Assembly (NCBI GenBank): GCA_016206665.1
Contig: JACQRC010000105.1
Location: 1 to 63,948 of the forward strand
Direction of reading: 5' to 3'
DNA: 63,948 nucleotides
From: Candidatus Omnitrophota bacterium
GTDB taxonomy: Bacteria > Omnitrophota > Gorgyraeia > Aquiviventales > JACQRC01
The notes under the pieces were generated by a model, which was not told where the DNA came from, ran no database searches, and was given only the letters and a program-made list of their open reading frames with translations. Shown one piece after another: positions 10,526 through 18,975 of this stretch (the stretch's first letter is position 1; every line of letters begins with the position of its first letter). Position numbers and translations under genes: made by a program.

Positions 10526-11554
10526 GTGGCGAACGCCGCCCGTCCCCTCACCATCGCGATCGATGCGATGGGGGGCGACAACGCCCCCTCGGCGATCGTG
10601 GCGGGCGCCGTCCGCGCGGCGCGCGAGCTGCCGCACCGCCTCGTCCTCGTCGGCCAGCGCGAGGCCATCGAACGGGAGCTGGCGAACTATCCCCATCTGC
10701 CCTCCTCCCTCACCATTCATCATGCCTCGGAGATCGTGGGCATGCATGAGTCACCCGCCGTCAGCATCCGCAAGAAGCGCGACTCGTCGATCTCGGTCGC
10801 CGTACAACTGGCCAAGGAGCGTCAGGTGGATGCCGTCCTGTCGGCCGGCAACACCGGGGCGATGGTCGCGGCAGGCGTCTTTACCCTCGGGTTGCTGCCC
10901 GGCATCGAGCGGCCAGGCATCGGCATCGTCCTGCCGGGACTCACCTCCCCGTCACTGCTCATCGACGTCGGTGCCAACATCGAAGTCAAGCCCCTCCACC
11001 TGCTCCAGTACGGTATCATGGGTGCCTCGTACGTGCGGCAGATCCTCCATGTGGAGCGGCCCCGCGTCGGATTGCTCAACATCGGTGAGGAGGCCAGCAA
11101 AGGCACCGATCTGATGAAGGAGGCCTTTGCGCTCCTGGAGCAATCGTCGCTCAACTTCATCGGCAACGTCGAGGGCCGGGACATCTACGCCTCCACCGCC
11201 GACGTCATCGTCTGCGACGGCTTTGTCGGCAACGTCGCCCTCAAGGCCTCGGAGAGTCTGGCCAAGGCGGTGGCCGCGCTGTTGAAGCGCGAGCTGACCC
11301 GCAACCTGCTCACGAAGCTGGGCGCCCGGCTGGCTCGGCCGGCCTTCGCGGCGCTACGCAAGGAGATTGACTACGCCGAGTACGGGGGCGCGCCGCTCTT
11401 GGGCATCGAGGGGGTTTGCATCATCTGTCATGGCGCCTCATCGTCGAAGGCGATCAAGAACGCCGTCGCGGTCGCCGCCGAATTCGTCCAGCACGGCCTC
11501 AATGACGAGATCGTGCGGTTCATTCAGCAGTTGCCCAAGGTCCAGCCCGCATGA
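10526..11554 (+). CDS. plsX: phosphate acyltransferase PlsX
   Basis: GTG start next to the rpmF stop; IAIDAMGGDNAP, SAGNTGA, GFVGNVALK motifs. Confidence 0.93.
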   Translation: MANAARPLTIAIDAMGGDNAPSAIVAGAVRAARELPHRLVLVGQREAIERELANYPHLPSSLTIHHASEIVGMHESPAVSIRKKRDSSISVAVQLAKERQVDAVLSAGNTGAMVAAGVFTLGLLPGIERPGIGIVLPGLTSPSLLIDVGANIEVKPLHLLQYGIMGASYVRQILHVERPRVGLLNIGEEASKGTDLMKEAFALLEQSSLNFIGNVEGRDIYASTADVIVCDGFVGNVALKASESLAKAVAALLKRELTRNLLTKLGARLARPAFAALRKEIDYAEYGGAPLLGIEGVCIICHGASSSKAIKNAVAVAAEFVQHGLNDEIVRFIQQLPKVQPA

Positions 11555-12612
11555 CCCCGACCGCCAAGCGCAGCTCGCATCGTACCATCATCAAGGCCAC
11601 ACCCACGGTGCGCCGGCCGTCTTGCACCGGCAGTCTGCGTCAGGTCGGCATCGTGGGGCTGGGCGCGTGCCTACCCCAGCGGGTCGTGACCAACGCCGAG
11701 TTGGAGCGGATGGTCAAAACCTCGGATGCGTGGATACGCAGCCGCACCGGCATCCGGGAGCGTCGCTTGATCGAGCCGGGCCAGGCGACCAGCGACCTGG
11801 CCGCGCCCGCCGCGCTGGAGGCGATCAAGGCGGCCGGCTTGCGGCCGGATGAGATCGAGTTGATCGTCACCGGCACGACGACGCCGGACACGTTGTGCCC
11901 CTCGGCCTCGTGCGTCATTCAAGACAAGGTGGGGGCCAAGCGCGCCGGCTGTTTCGACGTCAATGCCGCCTGCGCCGGCTTCGTCTACGCGCTCAGCGCC
12001 GCGCAGGGCCTGGTGGCGAGCGGCCAGTATCAGAACGCGCTCGTCATCGGGGCGGATGTCCTGTCCACCATCATCGACTGGACCGACCGCTCGACCTGCG
12101 TGCTGTTCGGCGATGGGGCGGGCGCGGCGGTCATCGCTCCGGTGGGTCGGGGTGGCATCCTGGCGTCCTATCTGGGCACGGACGGGTCGGGCGCCTGTCA
12201 TCTGCAGGTGCCGGCCGGCGGCTCACGCATCCCCGCGTCCAAACACTCCGTCGAGCAGAAGCAGCATTTTCTCAAAATGAACGGCAGCGAGGTTTTCAAG
12301 TTCGCCGTGCGCGTGATGGGGGAGGCGGCCATCGTCGTCCTCGACCGCGCCGGCCTCAAACCGGAAGACGTCGATCTCTTCATCCCGCACCAGGCCAACA
12401 TCCGCATCATCCAGGCCGCGATGGAGCGGTTGCATTTGCCCATCGAGAAGGTTTACCTCAACGTCGAGAAATACGGCAACATGTCGGCCGCCTCGACGAT
12501 CGTCGCCCTGTACGAAGCGGCGAAGGCCGGGCGCATCAAGCGCGGCGACATCGTCGTCCTCGTCGCCTTCGGTGCCGGCCTCGTGTGGGGCGCCACCGTC
12601 ATCGAATGGTGA
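11551..12612 (+). CDS. fabH: beta-ketoacyl-ACP synthase III (FabH); true start may be the GTG at 11608
   Basis: ATGA overlap with plsX; active-site DVNAACAGF, HQANIRI, GNMSAAS. Confidence 0.9.
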   Translation: MTPTAKRSSHRTIIKATPTVRRPSCTGSLRQVGIVGLGACLPQRVVTNAELERMVKTSDAWIRSRTGIRERRLIEPGQATSDLAAPAALEAIKAAGLRPDEIELIVTGTTTPDTLCPSASCVIQDKVGAKRAGCFDVNAACAGFVYALSAAQGLVASGQYQNALVIGADVLSTIIDWTDRSTCVLFGDGAGAAVIAPVGRGGILASYLGTDGSGACHLQVPAGGSRIPASKHSVEQKQHFLKMNGSEVFKFAVRVMGEAAIVVLDRAGLKPEDVDLFIPHQANIRIIQAAMERLHLPIEKVYLNVEKYGNMSAASTIVALYEAAKAGRIKRGDIVVLVAFGAGLVWGATVIEW

Positions 12613-13535
12613 AGCTCGCCTATCTCTTCCCCGGCCAGGGCGCCCAGGCCGTCGGGATGGGGAAGGCCTTCTACGACCGCTTCGCCGAAGCGCGTGACGT
12701 CTACCAGCAGGCCAACCGCCGGCTCGGCTTCGACGTCACCGCCCTCTGCTTCGAAGGCCCCCAGGAGTTGCTCACCCGCACCGATCTCTGCCAGCCGGCC
12801 ATCTTTGTGACCTCCATGGCGGCCTTTCGGGCGTGGCGGTCCGTGGCGCCTGCCGCACTGGTCCCCACGGCGGCAGCAGGCCTCAGTTTGGGGGAGTTGA
12901 CGGCATTAGCGGCGGTCGAGGCCATGACCTTCGATGAGGGGCTCTACCTCGTGCGGGCCCGCGGCGAGGCCATGGCTCAGGCCGCCCAGCAAGTGGCCGG
13001 CGCGATGCTCGCCGTCTTCGGCCTGACGCGGGAGCAGCTGCAACCGATCTGCGAGACGAGCGGCGTGGAAATCGCGAATCTCAATGCGCCGGGCCAGGTC
13101 GTGGTGTCTGGCAGGGTCGACGCGATCGTCCGTGCCGAAGCAGCCGCCAAGGCGGCCGGCGCCAAGCGGACCTTACGGCTGGACGTCGGTGGCGCCTTTC
13201 ACTGTTCCCTCATGACGCCGGCCGGCCAGCAGATGCGCTCCGCCGTAGCGAAAGTCCAGTGGCGCACGCCTCAGCTGCCGGTCGTGAGCAACGTCACGGC
13301 CCGGGCGGTGGCGGAGGCCGCCGAGATTCCCATCCATCTCGTGAACCAGTTGACCCACCCCACCCTCTGGGAAGCCTCGATGCGGCTCCTCCTCAGCCAG
13401 GGCATCTCTCAGTTTCTCGAGTTCGCACCCGGTAATGTGCTCGCCGGCTTGTGGCGACGCATCGACTCTGCCGTCACCTGCACCTCGCTCAACACCCCTG
13501 CCGACCTCGAATCCCTGACCAAGATTCTCGCCTAA
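12606..13535 (+). CDS. fabD: ACP S-malonyltransferase FabD
   Basis: Start at MVKLAYLFPGQGAQAVGMG (7-nt overlap with fabH); GLSLGELTAL active site. The upstream part of ORF 11895..13535 is a shadow of fabH. Confidence 0.92.
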   Translation: MVKLAYLFPGQGAQAVGMGKAFYDRFAEARDVYQQANRRLGFDVTALCFEGPQELLTRTDLCQPAIFVTSMAAFRAWRSVAPAALVPTAAAGLSLGELTALAAVEAMTFDEGLYLVRARGEAMAQAAQQVAGAMLAVFGLTREQLQPICETSGVEIANLNAPGQVVVSGRVDAIVRAEAAAKAAGAKRTLRLDVGGAFHCSLMTPAGQQMRSAVAKVQWRTPQLPVVSNVTARAVAEAAEIPIHLVNQLTHPTLWEASMRLLLSQGISQFLEFAPGNVLAGLWRRIDSAVTCTSLNTPADLESLTKILA

Positions 13536-13557
13536 CCGGCGTGGTCCCGACTGCAGC

Positions 13558-14295
13558 TTAGGTGTCCCGGTAGACTCCCCGTAAGGCATTCCAGCGGATC
13601 TGCAGTAACTCCACGAACGACGACACCGTATCCGAGCCCAGCCGCACCCGCGTCTGGGCCGAGTCGGCCCACTGAATCGGCACCTCACGCACCCGGATGC
13701 CCAGCCGTTTTGCCAGGAAGAAGAGCTCCGCATCATAGGCCCAGCGGTTGAGCCGCTGAAGCCGGCACACGGCGTGCGCCGCCTGGCGCTCTAACAGTTT
13801 GAAGCCGCAGGTCACATCAGAGATGCGCAGTCCCAACCACCGATTCGACAGATAGGTAAAGCCCTTGCCCATCCACTCGCGCAGGGGCGCTTGGCGCTTG
13901 AGAATCCGCGCCCCCGCCGCCTTCCGGGTGCCGACGACGAACGTGCCGGCCGCCGCGTAGGGCCAGCACCGCTCCAGTTCCTCGATCGGCGTCGAGCCGT
14001 CCGCGTCATAGAGCAGCACCTGCCCGCCCTGGCTGGCCATCACCCCATGCCGCACCGCGCCGCCTTTGCCTAAGTTGTGCGGATTGCGCAGGAGCCGGAA
14101 CCGCGGCAGGGCAGACGCGTGTTGCTGCGCGACGGAGACTGTGCCGTCGGTGGAGCCATCGTCCACCACGAGGACCTCGGCAGGGTAGGGCTGCCGGCCC
14201 AGATACGACCCCACCTCGTCGAGCGTGGCGCCCAGCCGCCGTTCTTCGTTATACGCCGGGATGATGACCGACAACCGCAGCGACGAGGCCGCCAT
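13558..14295 (-). CDS. family 2 glycosyltransferase (polyprenyl-phosphate glycosyltransferase-like)
   Basis: Start at MAASSLRLSVIIPAYNEE; VVDDGSTDGT, LLYDADGS (DxD) motifs. Confidence 0.85.
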   Translation of the reverse strand: MAASSLRLSVIIPAYNEERRLGATLDEVGSYLGRQPYPAEVLVVDDGSTDGTVSVAQQHASALPRFRLLRNPHNLGKGGAVRHGVMASQGGQVLLYDADGSTPIEELERCWPYAAAGTFVVGTRKAAGARILKRQAPLREWMGKGFTYLSNRWLGLRISDVTCGFKLLERQAAHAVCRLQRLNRWAYDAELFFLAKRLGIRVREVPIQWADSAQTRVRLGSDTVSSFVELLQIRWNALRGVYRDT

Positions 14296-14296
14296 C

Positions 14297-15832
14297 TCAG
14301 GCGCCTCGCCGGTGGTACAGCACGAGATGGGGCGGAGCCGTCGGATCGCGGAACTGGTGCTCGCCCAGGTCAGGCCGGTTATCCCATAGCAGATCGGTGT
14401 ACGGCAACTCGATCCGCTCATACGCGGATTCGATGCGCCGGAAATACCGGCTGCGATAGAACGCCTCCGGCAGCCAGGGCCGCTGGGGGAGGATCCACTC
14501 CGGGAAGCTCTCGTGCGACGCGAACTCGTCCATGAGCGATGCCGCATCCACCCGGAGCTGCAGGTAAAAGACGATCGGGATATAGGCGTAGGTGATCTTC
14601 ACCGTGTCGTCGGCCTTGGCGTGCACGCGCAGATAATCGATGCACGCCTGATTGGGTCCGGTATAGTCATGGGTGATCTCGTCGACGTAATGGGCGAGGT
14701 AGCTGTGCGGCTGGCCGCGGAGGAGAAAGTCGGGCCGGTGCAGGATGTCGGAGCCGAGCAGCAGCCCCACGACGAGCCAGGCCGCCACCTGCCGCCGCTG
14801 CGCCAGCCAGGCCAGCCCCACCGCCGCCAACAGGTAGAGCAAGGGCGCCATCGGCAGCACATAGCGCAGATAATGCTGCCGCCCCACGCAGACGAAGGCC
14901 AGCGTCGCCACGATGACCAGCAACACCAGCGTCAGTGACTGCCACTGCTGCCGCTGGATGGCTGTGCGTCGCGGGGCAGCGGCCCGCAGCGCCACCACGG
15001 CCGCCCACACCACCAGCCAGGCCGGCACGATGAACCGGTTGAGACTGCGGAGATAGAATTCGAGGCAACGTCGGATCTGCGTCCACGTGAGCGCCGCACC
15101 CTGCTCCCAGAGCCGTGCATACCACCACCACGGCAGCGTCCCCAGCGCCAGCACCGCGCCGACGACGGCCGCGGCACGCCACGAGACAGCCCGCCGGCCA
15201 CACCACCAGGCATGCAGGGCCACGGCCCCTAACGTCGGGAAAAAACTTCCGGGATTACTGTGGAAGAGCGCCAACCCGCTCGCGGCCAGCCACCACGGGC
15301 CCCGACGGTCGCCGGACAGCCACGCCTGGTACGCCAGCAGCACTCCTAACGTGGCGACGACCGCCGGCGCGTAATACCGGCACTGGCGCATGTGGAGCAG
15401 ATAGGGGACGGAGCCGGTCAGTAGCAACAGCGCGAACCGGCTGACGCGCCGATCCCCGAACAGTCGCTGGGCCAACAGAGAGGTCATCCACAGTCCAGCC
15501 CAACCGCAGAGCGCGAAGGGTAACCGCGCCGCGAAGGTGGTCTGTCCGAACAGTCGGAAGGAGAGCGCGGTGAGATAAAACTGCAGCCAGGGATGGAAGA
15601 CCCACACGTCCCCGGAACGGTGGTGAGCGAACGGCACCGCGAGGGTGTTGAGACCGTCAGAGGCCTTCGGGTAGCCGAACCGCAGCAGATTGCGCGCGAG
15701 CACCGCCGTCTCCGCCTCATCCTGCCAGAGGTAGGCGTCACCCAGGCGGGCGAACAGCAGGACCGCGCCCACGGCTAACAGCGCCGGCACCCACCAGTCT
15801 CGTTGCGATCCTTGGCGAGGCATGGCCCCCAT
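14297..15832 (-). CDS. ArnT/PMT-like (GT39-type) membrane glycosyltransferase
   Basis: About 12 predicted TM helices; N-terminal YLWQDEAETAVLARNLLRFGYP loop typical of the family; stop is 1 nt from the GT2 start. ATG at 15832 or 15823 (the ORF-track start at 15847 is TTG). Confidence 0.75.
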   Translation of the reverse strand: MGAMPRQGSQRDWWVPALLAVGAVLLFARLGDAYLWQDEAETAVLARNLLRFGYPKASDGLNTLAVPFAHHRSGDVWVFHPWLQFYLTALSFRLFGQTTFAARLPFALCGWAGLWMTSLLAQRLFGDRRVSRFALLLLTGSVPYLLHMRQCRYYAPAVVATLGVLLAYQAWLSGDRRGPWWLAASGLALFHSNPGSFFPTLGAVALHAWWCGRRAVSWRAAAVVGAVLALGTLPWWWYARLWEQGAALTWTQIRRCLEFYLRSLNRFIVPAWLVVWAAVVALRAAAPRRTAIQRQQWQSLTLVLLVIVATLAFVCVGRQHYLRYVLPMAPLLYLLAAVGLAWLAQRRQVAAWLVVGLLLGSDILHRPDFLLRGQPHSYLAHYVDEITHDYTGPNQACIDYLRVHAKADDTVKITYAYIPIVFYLQLRVDAASLMDEFASHESFPEWILPQRPWLPEAFYRSRYFRRIESAYERIELPYTDLLWDNRPDLGEHQFRDPTAPPHLVLYHRRGA

Positions 15833-15840
15833 TCTACCAC

Positions 15841-15878
15841 AAAACAAAAACGCCCTGGAGCCAAGCGGTTCCAGGGCG
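15841..15878 (-). terminator. rho-independent terminator after the spoVG/coiled-coil unit
   Basis: Minus strand reads CGCCCTGGA-loop-TCCAGGGCG then TTTTTGTTTT, 20 nt after the stop at 15899. Confidence 0.7.
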
Positions 15879-15898
15879 GTAGGAGCAACAGAGCCGGC

Positions 15899-16240
15899 TT
15901 AGTTGAGACTCTCCAACCGCTTCAATCGTTGATCGTGATCGCCGATAACGATATCCAATTTCTGCTCCACGCGGTCCATCCGCTGCTCCATGCGATCCAT
16001 GCGCTCTTCCAGAGCAGCCAGTCTCGTGTTCATCATCCGCGTCACGTCTTTCAGCAGATCCATGTCGGCTTCAAGACGTTGCAGCCGCTGCTCATGGTTG
16101 TCGAGCTTCTGCAGGGTCGCCACTTGATTCTCGGCGATGACCTTGATGTCATCACGCAGGTCCTCAACGACCACCAGGAGACGGCGGTAAGTCTCCTCAT
16201 GGGCGTCGTGATGCGCTGCTGAGATATGCGTCGGTTTCAT
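15899..16240 (-). CDS. coiled-coil hypothetical protein
   Basis: Start at MKPTHISAAHHD; heptad-like RLQRLEADMDLL..RLAALEERMDRMEQRMDRVEQKL. Confidence 0.55.
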   Translation of the reverse strand: MKPTHISAAHHDAHEETYRRLLVVVEDLRDDIKVIAENQVATLQKLDNHEQRLQRLEADMDLLKDVTRMMNTRLAALEERMDRMEQRMDRVEQKLDIVIGDHDQRLKRLESLN

Positions 16241-16298
16241 CGTATGAGTGCAACTGGTGGGAATGACGCCCACCAGTATACCAGTCGTGCCTGCCGTG

Positions 16299-16568
16299 TC
16301 AATCTTCCTTCTGATACGCCGCCATCACGACCTCGTCGATATGCCGGCGAAACTCTTCGGTGAGCGGGGTGATGGTGTCCCGCCACTTGCCATCCTTGCC
16401 CTGCGTGCGCGGCATGGAGACAAAGAGCCCTTTCGAGCCCTTCACGATCCGCAGCCCCTTCAAGATCAGCGCCTCGTTCACCTTCAGATCCACAAACGCC
16501 TTGAGGCTGCCCTCGCCCGTATACTTGAACACCCGATCCACCGCCACATCCATCGTCTGCGTGCTCAT
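16299..16568 (-). CDS. spoVG: septation/regulatory protein SpoVG
   Basis: VDRVFKYTGEGSLKAFVDLKVNEALILKGLRIVKGSKGLFVSMP. Confidence 0.9.
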   Translation of the reverse strand: MSTQTMDVAVDRVFKYTGEGSLKAFVDLKVNEALILKGLRIVKGSKGLFVSMPRTQGKDGKWRDTITPLTEEFRRHIDEVVMAAYQKED

Positions 16569-16605
16569 GCACCCTCCCTTGCTGTCACTCGCGACAGTGG
16601 GGGAG

Positions 16606-16634
16606 AGAATAGCAGGGAGTTGTTATATTGTCAA
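16606..16634 (-). promoter_or_regulatory. sigma70-like promoter for spoVG
   Basis: Minus strand TTGACA-17 nt-TATTCT, then AAGGGAGGG Shine-Dalgarno before the ATG. Confidence 0.45.
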
Positions 16635-16658
16635 TATATATTTTGCTAAATAATCAAT

Positions 16659-17537
16659 TCATGGCTGGGCGCCTGCCTGCCCCGAGCGCAGCGTGGCAGA
16701 CAGGGGCGCAGCCTCAGGAGTGGCGGAGGCGGGTGAGGTCCGGCCGGCATCGAGCTCTTCGTAGTAGCGGCGCCGGCCGGCGGACTTGGCGCGGCCGGCC
16801 ACATGGCCTAACAGCGCGCCGCCGATGGTGCCGATGGGGGCAAAGATGTAGCTGCCCACATACGTGCCATACGCCGGCCAGAGGATCTTGTAGGCATGCA
16901 ACTCCGTCTCGCGATCGTGAATCTCGACGAGATAATGGACCGCTTCGCCGGTGGCCTGCCATTCTTGGTAGAGATCCACGAAGGGAATCAGCCGGACGAC
17001 GGCGTAGGTGCCTTTGTACCGCTTCTTCGCATAATCATAGGCATGCCCCGCCTCGTGCAGCGCGATGGGCGGTTCATCCGAATAGAGATGCACGGCATTA
17101 GTGAACGGATTGTAGTAATCGCCCCACGGAAAGAGCCGTCCGGGCAGAAGCACATCGAAGATCAGCGTGGTCGGCAACCCTAACAGCAGGCGGTACGGCC
17201 AGGCGATATGGCGGTTGTGGATCAAGGCCCCCACATCGGCGCCGGGCGCATACTGATTCAGCCGGTAGGCGGTGTCTTCAAAGGCCGGCAACGTGCGCGC
17301 ATCGAGGTACTGCACCAGCACCGCTTCCGTCTGGGCCGAAATGGAGTGGTTGGCAAACCGCCAATCCCACAAGATGAGTTTGAACGGCAGCGCGAGGACA
17401 TTGCCGACAAAGTCAATGGGCGGAATCGCCGCGCCCCGCGTCACCTGCCGATGCGGCCCCTGGCCGACGTACGGCGTCGTCGTGGCGCAGCCAACCATCA
17501 GGACCCCGCTTAACCCTACCGCAGCGATTCGTCGCAT
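16659..17537 (-). CDS. lipoprotein with HExxH motif (possible zinc metallopeptidase fold)
   Basis: Lipobox LMVGC near the N-terminus; LHEAGHAYDY motif; no family recognised. Confidence 0.55.
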   Translation of the reverse strand: MRRIAAVGLSGVLMVGCATTTPYVGQGPHRQVTRGAAIPPIDFVGNVLALPFKLILWDWRFANHSISAQTEAVLVQYLDARTLPAFEDTAYRLNQYAPGADVGALIHNRHIAWPYRLLLGLPTTLIFDVLLPGRLFPWGDYYNPFTNAVHLYSDEPPIALHEAGHAYDYAKKRYKGTYAVVRLIPFVDLYQEWQATGEAVHYLVEIHDRETELHAYKILWPAYGTYVGSYIFAPIGTIGGALLGHVAGRAKSAGRRRYYEELDAGRTSPASATPEAAPLSATLRSGQAGAQP

Positions 17538-17600
17538 GACGTTCCCCCTACAGGCGCGGTTGTCGTCCCATCACTCATTCAACCTGTCCCTTTCGAACCC

Positions 17601-17627
17601 GGTACGGATTCCTCGGTACGGATTCCT
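17601..17627. repeat. tandem 13/14-mer GGTACGGATTCCT x2
   Basis: Direct read: copies at 17601-17613 and 17615-17627. Confidence 0.9.
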
Positions 17628-17630
17628 ATT

Positions 17631-18107
17631 TCACGGCGCCGTTGACTTCGTTGGCGCTTCCTGCAGTTGCCTCTTTTGAAGGTCGACGATGTTCGCGACC
17701 CTGTCGTCTTGGTCGTAAGTCACCTCAAGGGACATCTTGGTCCCGTCAAAGACCGCCTCTGTGGGGGTACCGACGATTTCCCACAGACCGAGCGTGAAGA
17801 CGTCTGCCGCTCCGTGGAAAACAGCTCGTGCAGCCTTGGTGGGTTTACTATAGCCCTGCCTGAAGGAGAACACATCCACCTTTTTCCCACCCCTCGTTTC
17901 GCTGGCGACTGGTTGACCCAGCTCAGCCAGCAGCGTGCTTCGAGGTGTGCCCTGCTTCAAAACAGAGAGATCCATTTTGCGTGGCTGTTTGGCAGCCATA
18001 AACACGGCGCAGCCGGTTTGGCTCAGCGAACCCACCACAGCGAAGAGACCGGCAATCACCGAAGTATACCGGCGCACATTACTGCCTCGCATCCTGGCTA
18101 TGCTCAT
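17631..18107 (-). CDS. hypothetical lipoprotein
   Basis: Signal peptide with lipobox LSQTGC; bracketed by inverted short-period repeats. Confidence 0.6.
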   Translation of the reverse strand: MSIARMRGSNVRRYTSVIAGLFAVVGSLSQTGCAVFMAAKQPRKMDLSVLKQGTPRSTLLAELGQPVASETRGGKKVDVFSFRQGYSKPTKAARAVFHGAADVFTLGLWEIVGTPTEAVFDGTKMSLEVTYDQDDRVANIVDLQKRQLQEAPTKSTAP

Positions 18108-18182
18108 CTCAATGCTCCCTTCTCACTTTGTACATGTCCTACCCCTGGTCCTGATACCACGTAATTCCAGTGGCTATCAAGA

Positions 18183-18224
18183 GGAAACGGGAAACGGTAC
18201 CGAAGGAAACGGGAAACGGTACCG
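18183..18224. repeat. tandem 20-mer GGAAACGGGAAACGGTACCG x2 (internal GGAAACG heptamers)
   Basis: Direct read: 18183-18202 and 18205-18224; the reverse complement shares the CGGTAC..TTCC core with 17601-17627. Confidence 0.9.
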
Positions 18225-18246
18225 GGTGCCAAAGGGACACGTTCAC

Positions 18247-18975
18247 TTACGGGGCGACGTGTCGTGAGAGGGTGCGGCCGGAGCGTTCAAGGTCAAGAGT
18301 GAGTCGTTTGACCGCGCGCGCCTTACGCAGGGCTTGGATGGCCTTCTGAGGACTCGTGAGGCGCTGGCCGTTGAGGGCCGTGACCATGTCGCCATCACGG
18401 AGATCCAGCAGACGGGCGGGCAGGAGATGGTCGACTCGCTTCAGCACGACGCCATCCATGGCACCGTCACGCCGAAGACGGCGTTGGAGCTGGAGAGGCT
18501 CGGCAGCGGTGAGGGTGGGTGGGAACGGCAGGGCCAACGCCTCAGCTTCAGGCTGAGACGCCTCATCTGCGATGGTGAACATCACCAGGCGGTGGCCCGC
18601 ATCATCCCTGAGTGTGACAGAACTTAAACGGATCGCTTCCAACGTCCAGGCCTCCAAGCGGTCACCCACATGATACTGGTGGTGGCGTCGCGTGTCCAGC
18701 GATTCGAGCAGCGCCGTCGGTTCCGCAGCCAGGCTGGTGCCTACTAACCGATAGGGCAGGCGAGCGACTGCGGCGGTGGGCCGTGACCTCTGCGGCTCCG
18801 AAGGTGGCGCCGACTCCGATGACGAGGCGGAGATGGGCGCGGTGGCCGTGACCCCCGGCGGTGTCAGAGGCGGGACAGGACCGGACGATGACGTCGACCG
18901 GCACAGCCACAGTCCGGTGAGCACCAACGCGCTCACCACACACGAGCCTGTGGCCACCACCCACTGGCGTTGCAT
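18247..18975 (-). CDS. GspC-like protein (N-terminal TM, HR-like segment, C-terminal PDZ)
   Basis: Start at [23 protein letters not shown] (TGATG overlap with the upstream stop); LPYRLVGT...YHVGDRLE.WTLEAIRLSSVTLRD; PDZ-like LDLRDGDMVTALNGQRL. Confidence 0.6.
   Translation of the reverse strand: MQRQWVVATGSCVVSALVLTGLWLCRSTSSSGPVPPLTPPGVTATAPISASSSESAPPSEPQRSRPTAAVARLPYRLVGTSLAAEPTALLESLDTRRHHQYHVGDRLEAWTLEAIRLSSVTLRDDAGHRLVMFTIADEASQPEAEALALPFPPTLTAAEPLQLQRRLRRDGAMDGVVLKRVDHLLPARLLDLRDGDMVTALNGQRLTSPQKAIQALRKARAVKRLTLDLERSGRTLSRHVAP

Noticed and set aside
11895-12605. N-terminal 237 codons of the 546-aa ORF that ends as fabD
   Set aside because: This part overlaps fabH in another frame and is RGRP-rich. 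The FabD homology begins only at MVKLAYLFPGQGAQ (12606).
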